In this document: positions 24,420 through 39,539 of the stretch, piece after piece
Numbering within the stretch: position 1 is the first letter of the stretch
Layout of the letters: each line of letters starts with the position of its first letter
Assembly (NCBI RefSeq): GCF_963921235.1
Contig: NC_086097.1
Span: 70,062,001-70,126,000, forward strand
Reading direction: 5' to 3'
Length of the DNA: 64,000 nt
Source of the DNA: Mobula hypostoma
Taxonomy: Eukaryota
Made by a program: the position numbers and the translations under genes
Notes under the pieces: model-generated
Seen by the model: the letters and a program-made list of their open reading frames with translations, nothing else
What the model was told of the DNA's origin: nothing
Databases searched by the model: none

Positions 24420-25450
24420 GAAAGCCACATTGGATCAGCCTTCAATTCTACAGGCAGTGCATTCTGGACTCCAAACATACATTGTGTAGAAAATTATGTC
24501 TTCGTGTCATTTCTAGTTCTCTTTTCCTTCAATTTATATCTGTGATCTCTGGTCCTTGGCTCCTCCAACAACAGGAACTGTCCACTGTCCATTTCATCAA
24601 CCTTCTTCATTTCGTATATTTTTGTTTAATCGTCTTTCAACCTTTTCTTTTTTAAGGAAAACAGGCCCAACCTAATTTTATCCTTGAATCTGTAGTTCCT
24701 CAAACCCATGAACCACTTTTGTAAGTCTTTTCTGGACCCTCTTTAATACCCTTGTATTCTTCCTGATAACATGGTGACCAGAACTGAACACAATATTCCA
24801 TTTGAAGGTATTTTATAAAGGTTCAGCATGACTTCCCGGTTTTCATACTCTTATACTGCTGATAAAGGCCAGAATTTTGTATACCCTGCCGCTGTTCATT
24901 GATCTTTGCTCACATACTATCAAGTCCCTTTGTTCCTGTCTGTCCTTTGCATGTTATTCATCTGCATATTCCACCAGTCTGTCTGGATTCTGCTGCGTCC
25001 TCTTTGCAGTTCACGACACTGACAAGTTTTATGTTATTCTGAAATTCAGAACTTCTTGGTTGCTGATCAAAAAAAAAATGGCCGTAGCACTAATCTCTAG
25101 GAAAACCACTACTTATCCTCAGAAATTCAAACAAAACATTCCATCAAAACTGTTCAAAAGAAATAATTCTCCCTTAGTGAACACATCTAGCTTGCCTTAT
25201 TTAATTATTTTTCTTCCTGATTATTTTTAACCATATTCTAGCTCAATCTTTCCAAAAGCTTCCCCACTACTGAGATTACTCTATAATTGCTGGGGCCACA
25301 TTCAGTTGAAAGAGGGAGTAATATTCCTCTCCAATTCTTGGGCACCACCCCATTATCCACAGAGCATTAGAAGATTATAGTCAGTGCTCCGGCAATGTTC
25401 TTGCCCCCAAAATCCTAGGATACATCCCATTTGGTGCTACCTTAATTTTC
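24420..25450 (-). repeat. Highly decayed CR1-like remnant
   Basis: Patches such as gaccagaactgaacacaatattcca (reverse complement of EYCVQFWS). Confidence 0.5.
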
Positions 25451-25803
25451 ACTGACTTTTCTGAAGCATTTGTGTAAGTAGCAAGTATGCACTATTTCAA
25501 CCAACCCCCTCCTCACCACTTCTTGGGAAGCACATCCACCCCATTCAAGACCAATTAATACCTCTGTATTCATTTTTGAAGTGGATGAGGCTCCCTTGTC
25601 ATTTTAGTCCAGAATTTCTATGAAAATAATGATGGATTTGAAGATAAATAACCTGGTGAAGATCCTTTGCTGGGGAACCACGACTTCATGTCTACGGTAA
25701 TGAGGCTAACACAAATGGAACGGCTTCCAGTGGGAAAAATTGCACCTGAAGAGAACAGGAAACAAATCTGAAACTTAGAAACCCCAAATTGTTGAATGCA
25801 ATA

Positions 25804-27433
25804 CAGTTTGACCTTCACTAATCTGGCACCATTGGGACCTGAGGAGTGCCAGATTAGAGAAAATGCCGAATTAGAGAAGGATCACATTAAGCAATAGCTA
25901 ACCACCTCATCATACCTTTAAAATATCATGTAAATCAGTTAGATAATAATGAAAGTTAGATAATAATGAAACAGAAATATTAAATGAGTAGCAAGTGAAA
26001 TTTTAATAAAGTAATATACTGTACAGGCACAGATAAAATAAAGGGTACAGGTAAATGTACAGGAATTAACTTATACAGAACAGTTGAGCACTTCTGCTTC
26101 TAAAGTGAGATGTTTAATATACCTTCAGGCAAAGTTACATGTCTGCAAGTGTGGCGTTGTCACGATCATCAACATCTTCATCTTGAAAAATGAGTGAAGC
26201 ATCAGGCACCGGTGCTGAAACTGGCACTACAGTTTCTTCAAAACCTGTTGATGTTGGTGGCAGCACATCTGGGTGAGCAGAGGTTGATGGCACTAGATTT
26301 TGAAGTGTTAGCTCCCCTGTTGCACTTTTTTTGAACATATCTTCCAAGGTAAGCTGTTTCACATATTTTGGTCTCTTCCTTATTAGCTTATCCTGCAGCA
26401 TATAAACACTCATTATTTCTTGCTCAGTTATAAAACATTGTTGCTCTAATCCTTTCAGCAATTCACCCGTCAACTTAATTAGTCTGTCAATTGAAAGTCT
26501 CCCTGCTACAACTTCACCTTCTAGCAAAGTCACACGATCTCTCGATGCCTTTTACCCTGTTGGCGATTCTGCATCTGCTGTTGTTAGTGTTCTTCTTGTT
26601 CTTCTTGGTGTACATCTCCAATATAAAGCAGTCTCATCAGCATTGTACACCTGCTCGGGGCTTAATTTTTCATCGGAGGCTAACTTGGCGAACTCGTCAA
26701 CAAACTCTGCTGCTGCTTCCTTGTCTGCTGAACGTTTTCCACCACACACTGCATGAAACTGTAAGCCATGACGCTGCTTAAACCGATGAAGCCAGCCTAT
26801 AGTCACACTCATAATCTAGTCCTAGTTCTTCATGAAACACTTTTGCTTGTTCCTTCACCATATCTCCAGATAGTTCAACACCTTCACTTACACAAAGATT
26901 AAACCACATTATCAGCACTTTATCTAGTTCTGAATTTCTTCCATCTTTCATTGTTTTTCTTACGCACATCTGTTTCTTTGAGCCACTATCAGCAAAAAAA
27001 TGTAGCAGTTTTTCTTTCTGTTTCTTTATATCGTACACTGTGGAAGAGCCAATGTTGTAACACTCGCACAAGCTTTTCACCGATACACTGATGTCCAGTT
27101 TTTTCAAGAGTTCAACCTTATCTTTAATGGATAATGTGCGGTGTTTTCACTTCACAGCACAAGGTGCATTTCCTTTACTCACTGGGGCCATAATTGGGGC
27201 TAAAAAAGAGCCAGTGATATTAATAAATGCAAGAAAACAAGCAGGAATCGCCTGTCTGTGCTTACAAGAGCACGCCAACACGTGAACATATCTAGCGCAA
27301 CAAAAACAATGCACAGCAGATTGGTATGGTGGCCCAGGAAACTTGAAATTACAGTTGCGTGGAAAATTTGAAATCAGTGCCGGATTATCGAAGGAACCGG
27401 ATTACAGGTAGTCGGATTAGTGAAGGGCAACTG
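25804..27433 (-). mobile_element. Tigger/pogo DNA transposon, internally deleted
   Basis: TA flanks; TIRs CAGTTTGACCTTCACTAATC / CAGTTGCCCTTCACTAATC; CENP-B-type HTH (IGSSTVYDIKK, GWLHRFKQRHG) and YNADETAL, after which the DDE domain is missing. Confidence 0.9.
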
Positions 27434-28057
27434 TATTAAGTTCCAAAGGCTGCAACATGCCTGAATGGAACTTGAAATGACGTTCCTTGAGCTTTGTAGA
27501 AGCCAAATGACATTGTACATAATGAATGTAGGGTGGAGAATATAAGTGACATGATATAGAAAGTGTTCTATAAAATGGTCTCCAAATGTACCTCTGCTTT
27601 TTCCAATGAAGAAAAGACCACAACATGACCACCAAACTCAAAGCATTAAAATGGAAGAAATGTACATGATTTACTGGTTCAACTGGAAAGATTTTGGGAT
27701 CCACAGAGTGGCATAGTAAGAGCATGGAAAAGTGCTGTGGAAGGGGAAGAGGTCAGTGGATATAGATGAGCAAACCAGGGAGTGCATTTATCATATTTGT
27801 GTACTCGTAATGTGTATCAGAAAAGCTATGCATTTTGCAGATAACAAACTATCATTTACAATTGAAAAGGTAATAATGCAACCAGTGCAAAGTGAGAGTA
27901 GTTTCAATAATGTATGTAATAAATAATTTAGAAATTTATAGATAATTCACATTAAATATTACAGAATTTAAAATATTCTAACACCTTGTAGCTCTAATAA
28001 AATGGTTGTGTTGAAAATTTCTGTCTTCCTACTTTTTATGTAACTGTGTTATTTAGA

Positions 28058-28728
28058 TTAGATTATTAGATTATGAGGACACACAGTCCTCTTTTATTGT
28101 CATTTAGTAATGCATGATTAAGAAATGATACAATGTTCCTCCAGTGTGATATCACAGAAACACAAGACAGACCAAGACTGAAAAACTGACAAAAACCACA
28201 TAATTGTAACATATAGTTACAACAGTGCAAGCAACACCGTAATTTGATAAAGAACAGACCATGGGCACGGTAAAAAAAAGTCTCAAAGTCTCTCGAAAGT
28301 CCCAACATCTCACACAGACAGTAGAAGGAAGAAGACTTTCCCTGCCATGAGCTTCCAGCGTCGCAAACTTGCCAATGCAGCATCCTGGAAGCACCCGACC
28401 ACAGTCCCACTCTCAGTCTGTCTGAAAACTTCGACCCCCCGACATCGAGCACTGAGAACCATCTCTGCCGAGCGCTTCGACCCCAGCCCCGGCCGCCAGC
28501 AACAGGCAAGGCCAAGGATTTTGGGCCTTCCCTCTGGAGATTCTTGATCGCGTAGTAGCAGCGGCAGCGAACCGGGCATTTCAGAAGTTTCTCCAGATGT
28601 TCCTCCGTGCTTCTCACGTCCATCTCCATCAAATCAGGATTGTGCAAGACCCTTATTCAACAAGTACGATATCATTTCACTGGAGAGGCTGCACACGCTG
28701 CATCGCGCTGCCATCTTCTCCCTCTCTT
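28058..28728 (-). mobile_element. Non-autonomous SINE-like retroelement
   Basis: GC-rich 5' end beginning gagaagatggcagcgcg; AATAAA and (taatc)n tail; a second partial copy at 1450-1597. Confidence 0.65.
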
Positions 28729-29073
28729 ATTTATATTATTGAGATTAGTAATGATGTGGACAGAGCTCTATTGATCTATATTGAATATCTTGGTGCTATA
28801 AATATTTTAACATTAAAAGGATTGTTCACCTTTTAGTCAATAATATTTCTCCACAAGTGTGAGCAAATCAGACAATAGAATAGCAGGTGCTTGATCACTT
28901 TATTTCACAAAAAGCAATCTTCTTTTTTCCTTCTGCACTTTTATTGTAGACTCCCAAAATAACAAAATATTATTGTAATCATGACAATGATTGATTTCCC
29001 AAGTTACAACTGTTGTTAAAATTACTTGCTCTGAATGCAAGGAATTTAGCACATCAGTGACTCATGTCATATA

Positions 29074-30646
29074 CAGTACCTATAAAAGTATTCACATCCC
29101 CCCCCCTTGGAAGTTTTCATGTTTTATTGCTTTACAACATTGAATCACAGTGGATTTAATTTGGCTTTTTTGACACTGATCAACAGAAAAAGACTCTTCC
29201 ATGTCAAAGTGATATAATTTGATTGCAAATATAAAACACAACATAATTGACTGCAAAAGTATTCACACGACACACCAAATCATCACTGGTGCAGCCAATT
29301 GGTTTTATGTCAATATTACTAGTTAAATGGAGATCACCTGTGTGCAGTCATTGTGCTTCAATGGATTTAAGTAAAAATGCACCTGTATCTGGAAGGCTGG
29401 TGAGTCAGTATCCTGGCAAATCAAACAAGTTGAAGATAAAAGAACACTCAAAAGCAACTCCACAAGAAGGTTATTGAAAAGCACAAGTCAGGAGATGCAT
29501 ACAAGAAAATTTCCAAGTCACTGAATATCCATTGAAGTACAGTTATGTCAATCATCAAGAAACAGAAAGAATATGGCACAGCTGTAAATCTGCCCAGAGA
29601 AGGCTGTCCTCAAAAACTGAGTGACTGTGCCAGGAGGGCTAGTGAGAGAGGCCACCAAGAGACATCTGACAACTCTGGAGGATTTACGAGATTCAGTGGC
29701 TGAGATATGAGAGACTGCACATACAACAACTGTTGCCCAGGTGCTTCACCAGTTGCAGCTTTGTGGGAGAGTGGAAAAGGAAAAGCCACTGTTGAAAAAA
29801 GCTCCATGAAATCTCGGCTAGAGTTTGCCAGAAGGCATGTGGGAAACTCTGAAGTCAGCCAGAAGGTTCTATGGTCTGTTGAAACCAAAATTGAGCTTTT
29901 TTAGCCATCAGACTAAACGCTATGTTTGGCATAAGCCAAACACTGCAAATTAGCAAAAGCTCAGCATCCTACTGTGAAGCATGGTGGTGGGTGCATCATG
30001 CTGTGGGGATGCTTTACTGCAGCAGACCCCGGAAAGCCTGTGAAAGTAGAGGGAAAATGAATGAAGCAAAATACAGTGAAATCCTGGGGGAAAACCTGAT
30101 TGTATTCTGCAAGAGAACTATGACTTCGGAGAAGATTAGTTTTCCAGCAAGACAATGACCCTAAGCATCAAGCCAAAGCTACATAGTAAAGGCTTAAAAA
30201 CAACAAAGTTAATGTCCTAGAGTGGCCAAGTCAGAGTCCAGACCTCAATCCAATTTAGAATTTGTGGCTGGACTTGAAAAGGGCTGTTCACTCATAATCC
30301 CTATGCAATCTGACAGAGTTTGAGCAGTTTTGTAAAGAAGAATGAAGAAATATTGCAGTGTCTAGATGTGCAAAGCTGATAAAGATCTAGCCACACAGAC
30401 TCAAGGCTGTAATTGCTGCCAAAGGTGCATCTGCTAAATACTGACTTGAAGGGGGTTAGTAATTATTCAATCAATTATTGTTTAACAATTATAGTAAATT
30501 TAGACCAATTTGTAGAAATTTGTTTTAACTATGACACAAAAGAGTAAAAAAAATCAACTTAAATCCACTGTGACTCAATGTTGTAAAACAATAAAACATG
30601 AAAATATCTGGGGGAAGGGGGGGGTGAATATTTTTTATAGGCACTG
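29074..30646 (+). mobile_element. Full-length but inactivated Tc1 transposon
   Basis: TA flanks; long TIRs (CAGT.CCTATAAAA..TATTCAC.CCCC); transposase remnants WSVETKIELF, FQQDNDPKH and WPSQSPDLNPI with stops and frameshifts. Confidence 0.9.
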
Positions 30647-31876
30647 TACACTGGATGAATTTTGTTGCCACTGTTCAACTCCTGGGAATCATGAACCAAG
30701 GTGCCTTCCCGTTCAGGTATACCCGAGCTGAGACACAGGGCCCATGTTATCAGCGCTGCTTAAACATGATTCAAACAGCAGGTTCTGGACAGTGGCTTGG
30801 CCTTACTAATGCAGAGCTGAGGTCTAGTTCCTGAAATAATGTGAATAGCTTTTCACAGCTGGCAAAAGCTGGGGGCAAAGTTAGGTGGGAATAGACCTAT
30901 ACTGGTTGTGAATGTTAATGCCCTTTCAGATTTTAAAACTATAATTATTAAAATGATTTAAGGAATACAGTTGTGCAAACATTGAGCTAAAATAAAATAA
31001 GTAAATACATTACAAGTTTGTACTTAATGAAATCAATGGAGTCTCAAATCTTGAGCTGGGTGTAAACTGATGCAGGATCCAAGGAGAAATTCCCATGTCT
31101 GGAAAATCTCAGGAAGACAGAAACAGATGAGCAGAATCCAGCAGTGGATTTGGTTATTTTCGTTTCAATATCTGAACGCTTGCAGTTCTAATTGGAATCA
31201 CTGGTAAAAGTCAGTATGATCTTCTCTAATTCTATCCTCATATACACAGCTTGGAAGGAATATCAATATCCAATGTTTTTAGTTCACAAACCTGTCTCCC
31301 AATTAGGATTGCCACTAGAAAAGCAGTCTTCCAGAATAAATATATATCAGTACAATGTGGCCATGTGCCCAGTTGTAACAGTAGCTTGCTTATTACTAAA
31401 TTGAGGTTCTCATGGAGAAGGCATAGATCTTACAGTAAATTCTAATAGAGCAAACCTTTCATTAACCTTGATGTTAGACAACAAGCCACTGAATTTTCTT
31501 TCATTGGAGACAGGAAATAGATTTTGGTGCCAGATACAGGTCTGCCATTCTGGTTTACAACATTCAGTTGAACTCTAGGAAAATTTGATTTCCTAAAACT
31601 GATGGAAGAACATTCGTTGGGTAATAAACAACACTATTACCATAGTTAAAGATTTATAATTTTCACTATGTCTAGGCACACCACCAAATATAGCAGCATT
31701 TCTCATAAAATGCTCCTCAAATTAACACCCATAAACACTCAGTTTTTTTTAATCAAAAAGGATAATATTAATTTAAATTTAGTTTCTGGAAATTTATCCA
31801 GGTATGAAGATTTTTAGGGAACCTGCCCTACTGAAATAATATTTCTTGAAACTACATGCTGATATATTACAGAACC

Positions 31877-32010
31877 ACAAACAAGAGAAAATCTGCAGAT
31901 GCTGGAAATCCAAGCAACAGACACAAAATGCTGGAGGAACTGAGCATTCCAGGCAGCATCTATGGAAAAAAAAGTACAGTCCTCGTTTCAGGTCGAAACC
32001 CTTCAGCAGG
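31877..32010 (-). repeat. Penelope pLTR 3'-end fragment (related subfamily)
   Basis: aaatctgcagatgctggaaatccaagcaac...gtttcaggtcgaaacccttcagcagga. Confidence 0.75.
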
Positions 32011-32659
32011 ATCTTTATGGCAGAATCATCTTTATTGTCCTGCAGTGGCTTCCACATTGAATTTCAAAAGCTTGCTTGTGTCTTACCTCTGTCACTACTT
32101 GCAGCCACACAGGGCATTTGAGATCATCTTGTTCTTCCCAATGTGGACTTGTTGACTTTATTTTTAAAATTGTTTTTCCCTGCCTAACTTTGCATGTTTG
32201 CACTAGGAATTCTCTTTTCAAAACACTCCAATATTCTCTTCTCATTGGAGATGCTTTTTAAAATCTACCACTTTGACCAAGCTTTTGGTCATATATCTTG
32301 ATAGTTCGTTATGATTTGGGGATAAATTTGAAAACATTCCAGCTTCATGTGGTAGAGTATTTGCTCTGAAAATACAAATTATTTAAAAAAAATTTCTGAA
32401 TTTCAGAGCCATTCAGAAGTATTGAAAATTCTTGATAGATGGTAAGACTGGTGAAGGTGATAAACTACCAGTGAAAGATTTAGAGGAATTTTGTGGGCTG
32501 ATTTTGATCTGCCTTACCCTCATTATCTATCTGTGTCTTTTAAGGGCCATGCAGCATATAGGGTAATACAACTTTTCTCTAGGACTCTTTTGGACAGCAA
32601 GCTCAGTGTATAGATCCCAAGTTTTGAAAGTTAAATATCAACATAATAAATAGGATTAG

Positions 32660-33700
32660 GAACACTGTCACCCAGCTCTTCAAGCCTTCTCTGCCATTCA
32701 GCATGACCATGGCTGATCTTCTACATACCTGCCATTTTCTGGTACCACCTTCATATTCATTGATTTCCTTAATTCCCAGAAATCTATTAATCTCTGTCTT
32801 GAATAAACGCAACAATTGAGCTCCATAGAGCTTCATGGGGTAGAGAATTCTAAAGATTCACAAACTGGGTGAAGAAATGCTCCTTCGTCTCAGTCATAAA
32901 TAGCTTACTCCTTATTCTCAAACCATACCCACATGTCCTAGACTCTTCAGCCATGGGAAACATCTTCCCTTCATCCAGCCTGTCAAGCCTTTCAGAACAG
33001 TCCTCCAGATAGATGTATCTCACTATGGTTCTTTATATTTGCAATGGAACATCCTTACTTCTGTAATCAAGGTCTTGTAATAAAAGCTAACATATATCTG
33101 ACCTCTCAATTGCTCACTGCACTGCATATTGGCCTTGTCATTTGCAACAAGCAGACCTCAGTAACATAGATACTACCTTGTCACTCAATATTTAACAAAT
33201 ACTTCAGAGTGGACGACCTCACACCTCAATATTATGTGCCATCTGCAATGTTGTTACCCACTCCTCATCTTGTTAACATCCCCTTGAAGCCTTTATACCC
33301 TTCATTATACTTGCATTTCTAACTATTCTACTAACATCAAGCTTGGAAGTATGGCATTTGGTCTCCTCAGCCAAAACCTTGAAATGGATTGACGAAGGGT
33401 CTCGGCCTGAAACATCGACTGCACCTCTTCCTAGAGATGCTGCCTGGCCTGCTGCGTTCACCAGCAACTTTTATGTGTGTTGCTTGAAATGGATTGTTAA
33501 CATTTCGTGATGAAACACTGGTCCCTGTAATTCTTCACTTGTCACAAACTCCCAACTTGAGAAGGTTCATTCATTCTGTTTGATAACCAATTCTCAGTCC
33601 ATCACTCTGAACTTTGTGTGCTATAAGCTTGCATTTATGAGGCCCCACACAGCGAGATATGGGCAATTATTTTCCTGTTGTGATACTTCTGCACCTTTCC
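32660..33700 (-). repeat. Decayed CR1 3' part
   Basis: CR1-type 3' UTR and RT C-terminal patches. Confidence 0.55.
33392..33482 (+). mobile_element. Ultra-short Penelope insertion (hammerhead region plus tail)
   Basis: 14-bp duplication cttgaaatggattg at 33378-33391 and 33483-33496. Confidence 0.85.
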
Positions 33701-33811
33701 AAATTAGAAATAAGGTAAAGTTTCATATTTTTGTTTCTCCAAGAAAATATGAGCTAGCTTTCAAGTGTTAATGCATTGTGAAATATGATAGATATTGTTA
33801 TTTCATGTTCA

Positions 33812-35242
33812 TACTTTACACTTCATTGTCGCCAAAAAATTGATACTAGAACATACAATCATCACAGCGATATTTGATTCTGCGCTTCCCACTCCCTGGA
33901 TTACAAATATTAAAAATAGTAAAAATTAATACATATTAAAAATTAAATTATAAATCATCAATAGAAAATAGAAAAATGGAAAGTAAGGTAGTGCAAAAAA
34001 ACCAAGAGGCAGGTCCGGATATTTGGAGGGTACGGCCCAGATCTGGGTCAGGATCCGTTCAGCAGTCTTATCACAGTTGGAAAGAAGCTGTTCCCAAATC
34101 TGGCCGTACAAGTCTTCAAGCTCCTGAGCCTTCTCCCAGAGGGAAGAAGGACGAAAAGTGTGTTGGCTGGGTGGGTCATGTCATGTCCTGGCAGCACTGC
34201 TCCGACAGCATGCGGTGTAAAGTGAGTCCAAGGACGGAAGATTGGTTTGTGTGATGTGCTGTGCCATGTTCACGATCTTCTGCAGCTTCTTTCGGTCTTG
34301 GACAGGACAACTTCCATACCAGGTTGTGACGAACCCCAGAAGAATGCTTTCTACGGTGCATCTATAAAAATTAGTGAGGGTTTTAGGGGACAGGCCAAAT
34401 TCCTTTAGTTTTCTCAGGAAGTAAAGGCACTAGTGGGCCTTCTTGGCAGTGAACTCTGCTTGGTTGGACCAAGTCAGGTCATTTGTGATATTGACCCTGA
34501 GGAACTTAAAGCTTTTGACCTGTTCCACTTGCGCACCACCAATGTAAATTGGGTTGTGCGGTCCACTATTCCTTCTGAAGTCAACAACCAATTCCTTCGT
34601 CTTGCTGATGTTGAGGGATAGGTTATTGTCTTCGCACCATGCCACCAGGTTCTTAATTTCCTCTCTATACTCAAACTCATCATTACCCGAGATGCGGCCT
34701 ACAATTGTTGTGTCATCAGCAAACTTATATATTGAGTTTGATGGAAACTTGGCTACACAATCATGGGTGTACAGTGAGTACAGCAGGGGGCTGAGTACAC
34801 AGCCTTGTGAGGCACCGGTACTCAGAGTGATTGTAGAGGAGAGCTTGTCCCCTATTTTTACAGCCTGGGTCCTGTCTGTGAGGAAGTTGAAGATCCAGCT
34901 GCAGATGTGAGTGCTAAGGCCCAGGTTCCAGAGCTTAGGAATCACTTTATTTGGAATGATGGTATTAAAGTCAGAGCTGTAGTCAATGAAAAGGAGCCTC
35001 ATGTATGCATCTTTATTCTCCAGGTGTTCTAAGGAGGAATGTAGGGCCAGAGAGATGGCATCTGCCATTGATCTGTTGCTCCGGTAGGCGAATTGCAAAG
35101 CGTCGAGGTTGACCGGTAGGCTGTGGTTGATGTGTGCCATAACCAATCTCTCGAAGCACTTCATAGCAATTGATGTCAGAGCCACAGGTCGACAGTCATT
35201 CAGGCATGCCACCTTGCTCTTCGTTGGCACTGGGATTATCGT
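33812..35242 (-). mobile_element. Rex1/Babar LINE, 5'-truncated, RT domain
   Basis: ORF 34430..35230: [42 protein letters not shown] and KFADDT. Confidence 0.92.
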
Positions 35243-35369
35243 TTAGAACTGTGACATGAAGTCATTTTTTCTAATACTATTTGCAGTGGAATGAAAATAT
35301 GAAAATCATTTGGAAGAAGAGATAATAAGCAGTCTCACAGCAAAATGCTACAGTTGGATTTCAGATGAG

Positions 35370-38035
35370 CACTAAGGTGTAGCTGCTAAGGACCAGATCA
35401 ATGGTGTTCAGGTCTGGTAACCCAGTAGAATTCAAGAGATCCAGGTATATCCTCTAAAATGCGATCTCACATGCAAAGTGGTAATCACAAACCAAATATG
35501 AATCACAGAAGAATGTTCAACAGCTGTGGCAGGGCTTGAACTCTATCACTTCCTACAAAGTAAAACCAAGCCACATAATGTGACAACAAAGTTTTGCTCC
35601 CAGATGAGCTTAATGTCTTTTATGCTTGCTTTGACTGACAAAATATGGAGGCACCTTCGTCAACTCCTATGGCCCTGTGATTTCTGTGTCTCAGGCTGAT
35701 GTGAGAGCATCATTCAGGAGGGTGAACCCATGGAAAGCATCTGGCCCAGACAGTGCACCTGGCCAAGTACTGAAGACCTGTGCTAAACAATTGGCCGGAG
35801 TGGTCACTGATATCATTAATCTCTTGCTTCAGCAGTCTGAGGTACCCACCTGCTTCCAGCAGGCTTCAATTACTCTAGTGCCCAAGAAAAACGTGGTAAC
35901 ATGTCTCAGCAACTACTGTCCAGTAGCACTTACATCCACAGAGTGCTTTGAGAGGTTGGTGATGAAACACATCAACTTCTCCTGTGAAATGACTTGGATC
36001 TGCTCCAAGTTGCCTGTTGTCTTAATAGGTCAACAGATGATGTGTTTCATTGGTTCTGCACTCAGCACTGGAACATCTGGAGAGTGAAGATGCATACATC
36101 AGAATGCTGTTCATTGAATACAGCTCGGCATTCAACACTATCACACCCTCAAAACTAATCAATAAGATCCAACACCCAGGCCTCAGTAGTTCTTCGTGCA
36201 ACTGGATCCTTGATTTCCTCACTAGCAGACCCAAATCAGTTCTGATTCGCAATAACATCTCCTCCACAATCACCATCAGTCCAGGTGCACCATCAAGCTG
36301 TGTGCTCAGCCCGCCCCCCACCCCACCCCACCCTACTCACTTTATACTTATTACTATGAGGCTAAGTACAGTTCCAATGCCATATTTAAGTTTGTTGATG
36401 ACAGTACTGTTGTTGGCCGAATCTAAGGTGGTGACAAATCATCATATAGGAGGAGGATTGAAAATCTGGCCGAATGATGCCACAACAACAACCTCTCACT
36501 CAATGTCAGCAAAACCAAAAAACTGTTTAAATACTACAGGTGGAGGAAATTGAAGGTCCATGAGCCAGTCCTCATCAGGGGAACAAGAGTGGAGAGGGTC
36601 AGCAACTTGAAATTCCTCAGCATTTATCAATTCAGAGTATCTGTCCTGGGTCCAGCATGTAAGTGTCATTACAAAGAAGGCACGGCAGTGCCTCTATTTT
36701 CTTAGAAGTTTGTGAAGATTCGGCATGACATCTAAAATTTGACAAAAATTTATAGATGTGTGGTGGGGAGTATACAGACTGGATGCAACACGGCCTGGTA
36801 TGGAATGGAAAAGCCTACAAAAAGTAGTGGATTAGCGCAGTCCTCCAGAGGTAAAACCTGCCCACTACTGAGTATATCTACAAGGAGTGCTGTTGCAGGA
36901 AAGTGGCACCCATCAGACAAGTAGCTCCTATCCAGACCATTCTCTCTTCTCACTGCTGCCATCGGGGAGGAGATACAAGTCCCACACGACCAGGTTCAGA
37001 AAAAGTTATTACCTCTCAAACATCAGGTTCTCGAACTAGGGTGGGTAACTTCACTCACGCCAACACTGAACTGATTCCACAACCTATGGATTCACTTTCA
37101 AGGACTCTAGCACTCCTGTTCTCAATATTATATATCATTGTATTTATTTCTTATTTTGTTTTTCCTTTTTTGTATTTGCATAATTTGTTGTCTTTTGCAA
37201 ATTGGTTGTTTGTCCATCTTTGTGTGTAGTTTTTTTTTGTAATTTATTTTTTATTGAAGTTCATCAACAATCATTTCCATAAGATGTATTTCAGATACTG
37301 TACATATATATCATATAGTCATATTTGTCACAAATTTCCACATAATTATCTGAGGTATACACTTATAGAAAGGAGAGGAAAGAAAGAACAATCAAAAGAC
37401 GAAAACTATGTACAAAGTAGGGAGTGATTTTGTTTTTACAACATATTCATTGACTTGTGAGAATAAAATCAGACCTATGAGGTGTTATGTAGTTAAACCA
37501 TTTTTCCCAGTATGAATCAAATTATTCCAACTTATGACTATCAGATGCTGTTATCTTCTCCATTTTGTAAATGTCCATTGTAATTTCCATCCACGGATTT
37601 AAAGTTGGGTTCTCCTGTGATAACCATTTTCTGGTAAGGGTCTTTTTACCAGCCATCAGCAGTATATTCATTAAATATTTATCTCCTTTAAACCATTCTT
37701 GAGGTACTTACCCAGAATATATGTTCTTACTTGCTAAGGGTATTTTACATTTAAAGTTGTCTTGTAGGGCATTGTGTATCCCACTCCAATAGTCTTTGAT
37801 AACGGGGCATTCCCAGAAAATATGATAATGGTTTGCATTTTGATTTCCACAAATTCTCCAGCAAACAGGGAGGTTCCTATCATAAAATAGGATTTCTGGG
37901 AGGGTGTGTAGTTTTCAATTGATTTTGTGTTTCTTTGCATTTATTGTGAAAGCCCACAAAAAATGAATCTCAGGGTAGAATATGGTGATGTGTACTGTAT
38001 GGACTTTGATAATAAATTTACTTTAAACTTTAAAG
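35370..38035 (+). mobile_element. Degenerate Rex1/Babar LINE, with its 3' UTR interrupted by an L1-like fragment
   Basis: KASGPD, PVALTS, LFIEYSSAFNTI and NWILDFLT; tail gataataaatttactttaaacttt. Confidence 0.85.
37234..37903 (-). mobile_element. L1-like LINE 3' fragment
   Basis: Minus-strand LLMAGKKTLTRKWL...YKMEKIT...YWEKWFNYI, then AATAAA and poly(A); TSD gtgtgtagtttt at 37222 and 37904. Confidence 0.78.
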
Positions 38036-38193
38036 ACTGCTTTTGGTATTCAAACAAAATTTCACCAATTTTAGGTTTCTTCCGATTGCTTTACTCTGAT
38101 TTGACCTTATTCATATACCATGGCCAATATTCTCAATTAGTTCATCTTCAGACAAACTGCCGCACTGCATACAACATTGATTTTCTAAATTTA

Positions 38194-39539
<1,346 letters not shown>

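Noticed and set aside
28066..28647. 193-aa ORF
   Set aside because: It lies entirely within a non-autonomous repeat and has no domain features.
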